Assembly: GCA_017881465.1 (NCBI GenBank)
Contig: JADGQV010000002.1
Span: 6,257-70,256, forward strand
DNA from: Gemmatimonadaceae bacterium
GTDB taxonomy: Bacteria > Gemmatimonadota > Gemmatimonadetes > Gemmatimonadales > Gemmatimonadaceae
DNA length: 64,000 bases
Reading direction: 5' to 3'
Shown: positions 8,601-14,904 of the stretch, in pieces
Numbering within the stretch: position 1 is the first letter of the stretch
Layout of the letters: each line of letters starts with the position of its first letter
Program-made: the position numbers and the translations under genes
The notes under the pieces: generated by a model
Databases searched by the model: none
Told to the model about the DNA's origin: nothing
Seen by the model: only the letters and a program-made list of their open reading frames with translations

Positions 8601-10879
8601 CGCGTCCACGTTCCCTCGATCAGATCGTGGCTGAGCAGCGTGTTCTCGGGGAATCTCCCGTGCGTCGCTTCCTCGAACGCATCGACATCGTAGATCCCTT
8701 TTCCGGTGAAGCTGCCCTCGCCGTATAGATCCTGGTACACGTCGGACACCGCTGTCGTGTAGGGATCGACACCAGGGTGTCCCGAGTGGATCGCGGCGAA
8801 GTAGGATTTATGCGCACTCGTGAGCGACACGCCGACCCGTGGCTGGATGATTCCGTACCCCTCGGTGATGTGTCCGATATTCGGATCGTAGTACGCGCGG
8901 TTGAGCGGGTGCGCGATCGTTCCGACGAGAAGCTGCGCCGCGTCTCGCGGCAGCACCGTGTCCGAGTCGAGCGTTATGACGTAGCGTACGAACGCGAGCC
9001 TGCTCGTATCGCCGATGATCGTGCTAAACGCGTCTCTCGCTCCCCCGCGCAGAAATTTGTTGAACTGGGCGAGCTTGCCACGCTTCCTCTCCCAGCCCAT
9101 CCACACGTTCTGGTTCGGATTCCAGAGCCGCTGGCGGTGAAAGAGGAAAAACACATCTTCCCCCGCGTTTCCGTACCTCGCGTTGAGGCTCTTGGTCCCT
9201 GCCGCTGCGGCGGCAAGAATCTCCTCGTCATCCGGCCTGTGCTCGGTTGGCGAGTCAGTGAAATCGCTCAGTATCGCGAACTGCAGATTCGGGTCGCGGT
9301 TGGCGAGGTACTGCACCTCGAGGTGCTCGAGCGCTTCCTCCACCCCGTGCACGCTTCCGAGGAGCGTCGGCACGACCACCGCCGTCATGTGCTCTTCCGG
9401 AATCCCGTCGTCGCGCAGCTCGAGCTTGGACAGGAGCCGCGGCGGCATCAGCAGCGTTACGAGCTGGTTGATGACGCTGATTCCGATCTCGCTCGCCGGA
9501 ATGAGGGCCAGGAGCACCATGACCAGCTGAACTATCAGCGACGCGCCGTCTACAACGTCCAGAATCACGGCGAGCGCGAGAGTGGTGAACACAGTTATCC
9601 CGCCAAAATACAGCGTATTGGGGTGCCGCTGCGTCCAGCGATACAGCCATTCTCCGGGCGGCGGAGTGTATCCGACTTTCTCCTCGAGAACCTGGCGCCC
9701 TTTGTCCACGAGGAAGTAGCCGACGTGCGCGTGTCTCGCATCGCTCGGATCGGCGAGCTTCGCCAGCACTACCACTTCGCTCGCGATTTCTTCTTCCGGT
9801 CGCTTGACCCGCTTCGCGATGTGCTCGACGACATGGCGGTAGTGATCCCGGGTCCCGAACGTCATCGAAGCGTAGTGGCCGCTCGGATCCTGACGTAGAA
9901 GCTTTTCCGTCGCGCTCTGCGATTCAACGAATTCCTTCCAGTCGAGTCTCGAGATCGTGCGAAGACTCGTGATGCTGTTCGCGACCGTCACCTGCGTCAG
10001 CGCCACTCTGCGATTCGATCGCGTTGCCGCTTCTTCCGCGCTTGGCCCGTCCTCCGCGATCCACTGCTCGAGCCAAATCAGCGGCGTGAAGTTCGTTTGG
10101 TACGACCGGACCTGCTGTAGGAACCGGGCTACCCAGGTCGGCGTGAACGGCGGATGATCGTCGACGAACGCGGCGAGTGCGGTCGCCAGCGCTCGCGAAG
10201 ACTCCTCACTCGCCTCACGCAGCGTCGCGGCGGCTCGGTCGGCTGACTCGACTTCCTGCAGGCGCGCCGCGACACGCAGCGCCATTCTCCGGATGTTCTC
10301 GACGAGGCCCAATCGGAGCATCGTCGGGATCGCCCACAGCTCGCCGATGCGAAGCTGGGTGACAGTCTGATACTCACGAACAAAAAGCGTGATGTTGTCG
10401 AGATCGAGGTGACCTTCCGTATGCGCGATCAGCTCGATTGCCACTTCGTACGCTCGCGGATAACCGGTGAGCGATCCCGTAGCGAGCTTAGGAAGCTCCT
10501 CGTAGTAGCCCTTGGGAAGATTGGTCCGGATCTCCATGATATGCTCCTGGACGATGTAGAAGTTGTCCAGCAGCCAGTCTCCGGCTGGGCTGATGTCGAG
10601 TCCGCGCTCCGCGCCGTTGTTCAGCTCGTGATAAACGCGGTCGAGTACTTCTCGCGTGTTCTCGAGACGGAGTAGAAGAGGGCCGGCGCCCCGCTGTTTT
10701 TGCGCCGGGAGCAGGTGATGTCCGCGCGCCACCGCTCGCGCGCGCTCACCAAGTCGCTCGAGACCGAGTACTTCGCCACGAATCGGACCGACGAGTTCTT
10801 CGCCCAATCCGTTTCGCGAACGGCCGAATAGACGACTCAGAATTGTTGTTGGAGCCTTGGGCGGGATTGCTGTTGCCAC
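2579..10879 (-). CDS. ndvB: Cyclic beta-1,2-glucan synthase (Cgs/NdvB/ChvB-type; GT84 domain plus GH94 phosphorylase-like domain)
   Basis: Uninterrupted 2766-codon ORF. It has a GT84-like block (ILSDFTDS, WERKRGKLAQFNKFL, ITLDSDTVLP) flanked by hydrophobic segments. The C-terminal GH94-like region contains GSGDWNDGMNRVG. Size and architecture match the Cgs family. Confidence 0.9.
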   Translation of the reverse strand: MATAIPPKAPTTILSRLFGRSRNGLGEELVGPIRGEVLGLERLGERARAVARGHHLLPAQKQRGAGPLLLRLENTREVLDRVYHELNNGAERGLDISPAGDWLLDNFYIVQEHIMEIRTNLPKGYYEELPKLATGSLTGYPRAYEVAIELIAHTEGHLDLDNITLFVREYQTVTQLRIGELWAIPTMLRLGLVENIRRMALRVAARLQEVESADRAAATLREASEESSRALATALAAFVDDHPPFTPTWVARFLQQVRSYQTNFTPLIWLEQWIAEDGPSAEEAATRSNRRVALTQVTVANSITSLRTISRLDWKEFVESQSATEKLLRQDPSGHYASMTFGTRDHYRHVVEHIAKRVKRPEEEIASEVVVLAKLADPSDARHAHVGYFLVDKGRQVLEEKVGYTPPPGEWLYRWTQRHPNTLYFGGITVFTTLALAVILDVVDGASLIVQLVMVLLALIPASEIGISVINQLVTLLMPPRLLSKLELRDDGIPEEHMTAVVVPTLLGSVHGVEEALEHLEVQYLANRDPNLQFAILSDFTDSPTEHRPDDEEILAAAAAGTKSLNARYGNAGEDVFFLFHRQRLWNPNQNVWMGWERKRGKLAQFNKFLRGGARDAFSTIIGDTSRLAFVRYVITLDSDTVLPRDAAQLLVGTIAHPLNRAYYDPNIGHITEGYGIIQPRVGVSLTSAHKSYFAAIHSGHPGVDPYTTAVSDVYQDLYGEGSFTGKGIYDVDAFEEATHGRFPENTLLSHDLIEGTWTRAGLGSDIEVYDDYPARYLTFTRRKHRWIRGDWQLLGWLKGTVPGPDGRMQNRLSAISRWKILDNLRRSLVEIFQLTMLIVGWLLLRGSFVQWTGIVLVVIAFPWLFSLTISLLQPPRDQSWLVYYLAVGRDAITNAQQFALAVAFLPHQAVVSADAIVRTLYRLFISHRNLLEWQTASQVERALGVGSQRETWRKMWPVTALCLVLGALIGFHVTVGGASTSDERFLFIMGTLPLVLAWFASPSIAFALSRPAILGEIHLTDAERQAALRYAKLHWMYFEKFVTEETQWLAPDNFQEDPEPVLALRTSPTNIGLQLLSTVSAVDLGFITRSDMIDRVEKVFRSLERMRRFHGHFFNWYDLNELRVLEPGYVSTVDSGNFAGHLIALKQACYEMLKDPACTDLDAKRLKAIAERAHAYAVEMDFRFLYDIKRKLFTIGYHIGSNTVDNSYYDLLASESRLASFIAIAKDDVSVDHWFRLGRSLTVTAGTRTLLSWSGSMFEYLMPALVMQTFPFTLLDQTHKGSVRRQIAYGAERGVPWGVSESAYAVRDRLHTYQYRGFGVPDLALKRGLSKELVVAPYATVLAMLVEPRQSLKNLTTLEAEGALGPYGFRDALDYTRPSPGSRKTIVCTFMAHHIGMSIVAFANALDRQIWPRRFHLDPLVRSAELVLQERIPRRLTVQDVQGDDAARVPSEMEKPAVREIETPHTPQPVVGILGNVPYTTLITNAGGGFSRYGNLAVTRWRHDSTRDNYGQWCYVKDLNTGHVWSTAHQPSGTEPQWYRVLFASDRITFIRRDGDIDTVTEIAVASDDAAEVRRVMLTNRSLQTREIELTSYSEVVLAPPDTDRSHPAFANLFVQTEFLEGKAALLATRRPRSATEAAIWCAHVVACGPELVGKVTCETDRAKFIGRGRSVRNAEALDEGTDLSGTVGAVLDPIFSLRVKVRIPPGGSAHVAFTTFVTEQKERAIELADLYHDPYSARRALDLSWAQAQAELRDLGIAPADAALYQDLAGHLMFPHPGFRPAESAVEENKLGQQALWTLGISGDWPILLATVDSSVGMPSVRQLLRTHHYWRLKGITCDLVILNVHPATYMQELSDELLATTMASSEAGLLDRPGGVFIRRADLLKPEEITLLKAMARVQVNCDGLGLGNFLEFPGVEDRYPPKLEIMNRDIVPLGTVAIHAETADPGTGLQCFNGLGGFNEDGEYEIHLTGSDLPPAPWINVVGNPVAGFIVSEGGSGTTWAGNSYFYRLTPWHNDPVRDPSSDCVFLRDDANGDLWTATPCPIREPTPYKVRHGAGYSVFDHTHKGLASSFRLGVDQNDPVKISVLTLRNDGAVRKKLTLTWYLEWVLGVNRELTQYQIRTSFDEATQSMFARNYFDLQFADTVAFASISERVAYYTADRREFLGRNGTISSPAGLERAGLSGAIGATIDPCCALQVSVTIEPGETREIVMLLGAAEGEDAVREIIARNRTSADAKRAVDSNIRDWEKRLGTIKVNTPDPTFDLMVNRWSLYQALSCRMWARTALYQSSGAFGFRDQLQDVMAFVYADAKVAREHIVRAASRQFVEGDVQHWWHPQTGRGVRTRFSDDLVWLPYVIDHYVNVSCDRGIFDVEVPYLTMRELNPDEHELYELPKVSSEVGSIYDHCVRALRKACTAGVHGLPLIGSGDWNDGMNRVGIEGKGESVWLAWFLISTLRKFAVHAEKRGDTEIRDEVLAKANSYAEAVERSAWDGEWYRRAYFDDGSPLGSRTSDECKIDSIAQSWSVISGAGSPERTRIAMQSLNKYLVREDARLILLLTPPFDKTTHDPGYIQGYLPGVRENGAQYTHAALWAVLATALQGDGDRAFELFQMLNPITHSDSAKAVDIYKVEPYVVAADVYTAKGHLGRGGWTWYTGSASWMYRTALEAILGFRQRGEELFLEPCIPARWKKFTIEYRFRSSTYEITVENPDGLQRGTAELTVDGRSVEKAINLIDDGKHHRVTVSLRPSLSPASVQEKQEKARL

Positions 10880-10947
10880 GTCACTTACTCAACGCCAGAG
10901 GTATGCCGCTCTCGGGTGGGGCACGCCCGCAAGATATCCCGTTTTAT

Positions 10948-11253
10948 CTACTCAGCGTAATACGCCTGGATGCAGAGAGTCACAAGCCGCTGGCGGACAC
11001 GTTCGTACTGATCCGCATTCTGTGGGCGCAATGACTCGGCGAGGGAGTTCCACAGCCCCTTGAAAGTAACTATGAGCTCCTCGGGCGGAATGTTGTTTTC
11101 GTGCGCCCCTCGGCCAACTCTCTTCAAGAGAGCGGCAAGCTCCGGCGTCGGCCCGTCGGGCCGTTTGAGCTGCTCCGTGAGCGCGGTCCGCAACTCCTTC
11201 ATGGTGCTTTCTGAGAGTGGGCTCACAGATGTTTGGGCAATAGTTTTCCCCAC
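10948..11253 (-). CDS. Small helical protein, possibly RsbU N-terminal-domain-like (standalone)
   Basis: GC3-rich ORF on the same strand, 68 nt upstream of the glucan synthase. NIPPEELIVTFKGLW resembles the IPPEEII core of the RsbU_N domain (recalled from memory, weak). The start is GTG 11253 or ATG 11202. Confidence 0.45.
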   Translation of the reverse strand: MGKTIAQTSVSPLSESTMKELRTALTEQLKRPDGPTPELAALLKRVGRGAHENNIPPEELIVTFKGLWNSLAESLRPQNADQYERVRQRLVTLCIQAYYAE

Positions 11254-11626
11254 TCTCTCACTTGTTTGCGGAGAGTGGACATTTGTTCCTGGAATATCTA
11301 AGCGATAGTTTCGCCGTGCGCCAGAGAATCAGAAAGGTCCCGTAAGGTGCCGAGCTAAGCGACGTCCCTTTTTTGGTGGCGGCATTGGGTAACGTGTTGA
11401 TACTCGCGCGCGAAGAGGTTGTTGCCGCGCTGTTGAGTCTTATGGTAGAGCTTCGTGGTTTTCAGCCGACGTTCTTGAAAGGGGGAGAAATCGGTCGAAG
11501 ATGCCGTCCCCATTCTCTTCAGTCCCTCCAGAATGCAGGCAGAAGCGCGGGAAGTCGCTGCACGACACGGCATTAGGTCTTTCAGGCTTCCTACGGACCC
11601 GACACTTTCGGGAGAATGCTTGAGGC

Positions 11627-12489
11627 TTAACGAATTCGAATTCCGCCCATCAGCCGGAACAGAGTGGCGTCTGCCGGCACAGAGTAGACCTGGGCTCCGA
11701 CATCCAAAATCTGCCGAAGGACAGCGGTCAGCCCGCCAAAGATCGCGGGGCGATAGAGGGGTTTCTCGAGCTGACCTGGGTCATGTCGACGCTGCCAGTC
11801 AGACTACTGAACCCGACCTGAAAGTGGGGATCGATCCTGTTTACGCCCGCGCCACCGTAGAATGAGATCCCGCGGACCCCCGGAGCAAACCCCGCAGCGA
11901 CTTCGCCCCCAAACATGTCGGGATGGAAAGTGTCCTTCGATGGATTCGTCCCGTAGCAGGGACTTGAGGGCGCCGTCTGCTGAAGCTGCGATTTCGGGCA
12001 GGTGATCGCTCCTTTGACGTTTCCAAAGGTGCCATGCACGCGCAGCATGAGGGTCGTTCCATTTGAAACCGGACCGAGCGCGAAATGGTGAGCATGCGAT
12101 ACGGCGAAGCTGAAGAGATTCGGCGTAGCTCTCGCGATCGTCACCGGAGGAAGGTATGCGGCCTCGAGGGCAAAGCCGAACGGGCCGCCGATCGTAATCC
12201 TGGGCCGCCCGAATACGGGAGAGAGTGAGGTGTGCTCGCTCTTCTGGGTGAAACATCGGCCGGTCTGCTCGATCGTGGGATCCGGTTTGGGGATGTATTC
12301 CCCCTCCGCACCGATCCTGATGCTGGCGGGCAGAAGCACCTCCGGCGCTATCGCCATCGAGAACACGATCGGCGCGGTGTAGAAAGCGAGGAGCTTCCCC
12401 TCGTTGCTGTCGGTTGGGACGCGGCACTGAGCGGTTGCTTCTCACTGCGCGGTGAAGAGCAGCACTCCGATGAACAGACCTCGACGCAT
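11627..12489 (-). pseudogene. Outer-membrane beta-barrel-like protein gene, disrupted by an in-frame TGA in the signal peptide and an apparent frameshift near the 3' end
   Basis: ATG 12489 follows an AGGAGC SD and encodes MRRGLFIGVLLFTAQ. A TGA follows at 12442-12444, and the same frame continues EATAQCRVPTDSNEGKLLAFYTAPIVFSMAIAP into ORF 11728..12366. A second frame, open from about 11804 to the TAA at 11627-11629, encodes LYRPAIFGGLTAVLRQILDVGAQVYSVPADATLFRLMGGIRIR, which looks like a beta-barrel C-terminus. Confidence 0.45.
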
Positions 12490-12645
12490 TGTTGCTCCTG
12501 TTCGGAAGAACTTCTGATGAGCGACTAAGCTAAAGGTGAAGCCCTGATGCGGCGACGATCGGCCGGCAAGCACCCGCATCTAAGGCGCCAATGTACGCGT
12601 GCAATCGGCGAACGCCCAGCTAATACTCTGCCGTGATCGGAAAGA

Positions 12646-13614
12646 TCAGCGATCCCCAGACGATCGGGCCTTCCGCGCGTACGTGCGAAGCATGCATTCT
12701 GAGTAGAACACCGGATGCTCCTCGTATGCGCTCCACGCTTTGTTGGCGCGCATCATTTCCTTGTCGTAAGCCAGGAAAATCGCCGTCTTCTCGCGCGCCT
12801 GATCGGTCGACCGATTGGCGGCCCGCGTTGCAAGCGCATAGCCGACATAGTACTGCGTCTTCCACTTTTGCCTCTTGCGTAGATCGTCCACGAGCAGGCC
12901 AGCCATGCGGTGATCGAAGTGATCGTGCGGATTCGCCGCGACGCTCGGATCGCTCGCGTGAACTACGAGATCGGCGGTGGCGGAGCTCGACCCGATCAGC
13001 ACGCTCGCGATGGCCATAAGATCTCCCCATCCCCGGTAGGCCGCACTGCCATCGACCGCGGTTATAGCTGTGATTTTTTGCCCGCGCAGTTTTCTCAGAC
13101 TTTCAAAGTCATGGCGAGCGAAGCCCGCGCCGTTTCTCTTTCCATCCGGCAGTCGGAGAAAGTAAGAGTCGGTATTGGCGATCATACATTTTCGAATGGC
13201 GTGCTCGAGCACCTCCGTCGTCGAGCATCTGACTGCGGCGGAGTCAGCTGCTTTCACGCCGATGGCGAGACGCGTCGATTGCAGGGCCGCTCGTTCCCGA
13301 GTCTGCCAGTAGAGGGAGTCCCGTCCGTCGTCTCCGGCGGTCAGATAGATAAACGTCACCGAGTCCCCGGCTGCAATTTTTTTCGCGGCGACGTCTCCCA
13401 TGAAAAGTTGCCAGTCGTCCTGATGTGCAACGACGAACACATCGCGCTGTGTGAGCATGGAATTCGATACGTAGCTAACTGACTGGCGCGGCTGGGCAGC
13501 GCCTACCACCACCAACTGAAGTAGCGCTGCGGCGATCGCTTGGAGTCGGATAATCGTCAAAGGGTCATTCCGGGAGATTCCACCTTGCTCTACTCGCAGT
13601 TCAAAATACCCCAT
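12646..13614 (-). CDS. PIG-L/LmbE-family deacetylase, secreted
   Basis: VVAHQDDWQLF (AHPDDE-like) and NPHDHFDH (HxDH-like) motifs. Hydrophobic N-terminal segment IIRLQAIAAALLQLVVVGAAQ. An alternative TTG start lies at 13560. Confidence 0.65.
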   Translation of the reverse strand: MGYFELRVEQGGISRNDPLTIIRLQAIAAALLQLVVVGAAQPRQSVSYVSNSMLTQRDVFVVAHQDDWQLFMGDVAAKKIAAGDSVTFIYLTAGDDGRDSLYWQTRERAALQSTRLAIGVKAADSAAVRCSTTEVLEHAIRKCMIANTDSYFLRLPDGKRNGAGFARHDFESLRKLRGQKITAITAVDGSAAYRGWGDLMAIASVLIGSSSATADLVVHASDPSVAANPHDHFDHRMAGLLVDDLRKRQKWKTQYYVGYALATRAANRSTDQAREKTAIFLAYDKEMMRANKAWSAYEEHPVFYSECMLRTYARKARSSGDR

Positions 13615-13680
13615 AGATACGAAAGCGGGTGCACACTATGGTGCACCCGCTACTCGTTCGATGCTTATCTAACGCAAGCG

Positions 13681-14244
13681 TCAGTCGACTTTGACAGCCT
13701 GAATCTCGAGCACGATTTTGATCTCATTCCCAACGACAACGCCGCCAGCCTCCAACGCCTGATTCCAGGTCAGCCCAAAATCCCGGCGATCGATCTTGCC
13801 CGTCGCGCTGAATCCCACGCGCTCGCCACCCCACGGATCCTTCGTTTGACCCTCGAACTGGACGTCGAGCGTAATCGGCTTGGTCACATCACGGATCGTC
13901 AGATCGCCCGTGAGCTTGAACGCCCTCCGATCTCCCTCGATGCTCGTGCCTCGGAACTCGATCTCGGGATATTTCTCGACGTTTAGAAAATCGCCCGAGC
14001 GAAGATGCTCGTCCCGTTGGTCGGTGCGGGTATCGATGCTCGCCGCCTTGAGAGTCGCTTTGACCGAAGAATCCCTCAGATTTTTTTCGTCGATGGTGAT
14101 GGTGCCTTCGATATCTGTGATCCGTCCCTTGACAGTCGTGATCATCAGGTGCTTGGCGGAGAACTCGACTGCGGTGTGCGTCGGGTCGAGCTTCCACTGG
14201 GTCTTGGCTCCCGCTGCGGTAGCCGTCTGAACTGGTGCGGTCAT
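13681..14244 (-). CDS. YceI-family polyisoprenoid-binding protein
   Basis: WKLDPTHTAVEFSAKHLMITTVKGRI...KYPEIEFRGT...DRRDFGLTWN is typical of YceI. The ATG at 14244 is preceded by GAGAGGAAA. Confidence 0.85.
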   Translation of the reverse strand: MTAPVQTATAAGAKTQWKLDPTHTAVEFSAKHLMITTVKGRITDIEGTITIDEKNLRDSSVKATLKAASIDTRTDQRDEHLRSGDFLNVEKYPEIEFRGTSIEGDRRAFKLTGDLTIRDVTKPITLDVQFEGQTKDPWGGERVGFSATGKIDRRDFGLTWNQALEAGGVVVGNEIKIVLEIQAVKVD

Positions 14245-14317
14245 TCGTTTTCCTCTCGAATCCGGTGCGGTTCTTAGCCAGTTAAGCCTTTTTCGGGGTG
14301 GGCTTACCAAGCTCTGG

Positions 14318-14352
14318 ACTTACTATGAGTATGCTAGTATACTTTAGTAAGT
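14318..14352. promoter_or_regulatory. Nested inverted repeat in the yceI/hxlR divergent intergenic region (candidate HxlR operator)
   Basis: ACTTACTA (14318-14325) and TAGTAAGT (14345-14352) are perfect reverse complements. They flank an inner AGTAT..ATACT pair in an AT-rich stretch between two divergent starts. Confidence 0.4.
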
Positions 14353-14390
14353 AAGTTGTGTCAAGCGCCCCTATCCGTAACTTCTTCTTC

Positions 14391-14807
14391 ATGACCGATT
14401 CCTCCCTGCCCGTTCCACCAGTCTGCTCACGCTTTCACCGGGCCATCGAGCTTATCGGCAGCCGCTGGACAGGCGCCATCCTGCAAACCTTGCTTCAGGG
14501 AAAAACGCGCTACGCGGCCATCAAAGGAGCGATTCCCGACATCACCGATCGGATGCTGTCGGAGCGGCTTCGCTTGCTCGAGGGAGAAAAGTTGGTATTC
14601 CGGGTTGTGATCCCCGAAAGCCCCGTGCGCGTTGAATACGAGCTGACGCCCAAAGGGCGCGCGCTCCAGAACGCGCTGCGAGAGATCGGCAACTGGGCCG
14701 AACGCTGGATTCCGCTCGAAAGCGGCGAAATCAACGAGAAGGCCACCAAATCAAAAGTCGGTAAGCATCGCCGCACACGGCGCGTGCGCAAAGCCAGACC
14801 AGCATGA
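14391..14807 (+). CDS. HxlR-family winged-helix transcriptional regulator
   Basis: CSRFHRAIELIGSRWTGAILQTL...RMLSERLRLLEGEKLV...VEYELTPKGRAL is the HxlR signature. It is divergent from yceI, a classic pairing. Confidence 0.85.
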   Translation: MTDSSLPVPPVCSRFHRAIELIGSRWTGAILQTLLQGKTRYAAIKGAIPDITDRMLSERLRLLEGEKLVFRVVIPESPVRVEYELTPKGRALQNALREIGNWAERWIPLESGEINEKATKSKVGKHRRTRRVRKARPA

Positions 14808-14814
14808 CCGGATC

Positions 14815-14849
14815 GAAAGACGCTGAGTACATTTTAGCGTCTTTTTGTT
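14815..14849 (+). terminator. Rho-independent terminator after hxlR
   Basis: Stem AAAGACGCT/AGCGTCTTT with an 11-nt loop, followed by TTGTTT. Confidence 0.6.
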
Positions 14850-14904
14850 TCGCATGACATCCTCCGCTCCCGCTTAGATCACTTCCCATAGTGGAGAACC
14901 ATTG

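Noticed and set aside
3710-9898. Several long plus-strand ORFs (3710..4576, 4676..5584, 5945..6742, 8777..9898) inside the glucan synthase locus.
   Set aside because: They are antisense to an uninterrupted 2766-codon ORF with clear family motifs. Their products are Arg/Pro/Ala-rich with no motifs, which is typical of shadow ORFs in GC-rich DNA.
11355-11576. 72-aa minus-strand and 67-aa plus-strand ORFs in the 370-nt gap upstream of the small RsbU_N-like gene.
   Set aside because: They overlap each other and have no SD sequence, no motif and poor third-position GC bias. I treat the region as non-coding leader or possibly decayed sequence.
11804-12445. 213-aa alternative-frame ORF over the OMP locus.
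   Set aside because: Its Arg/Gly/Ser-rich product looks non-protein-like. The beta-barrel-like frame (11728..12366 and its extensions) explains the locus better.
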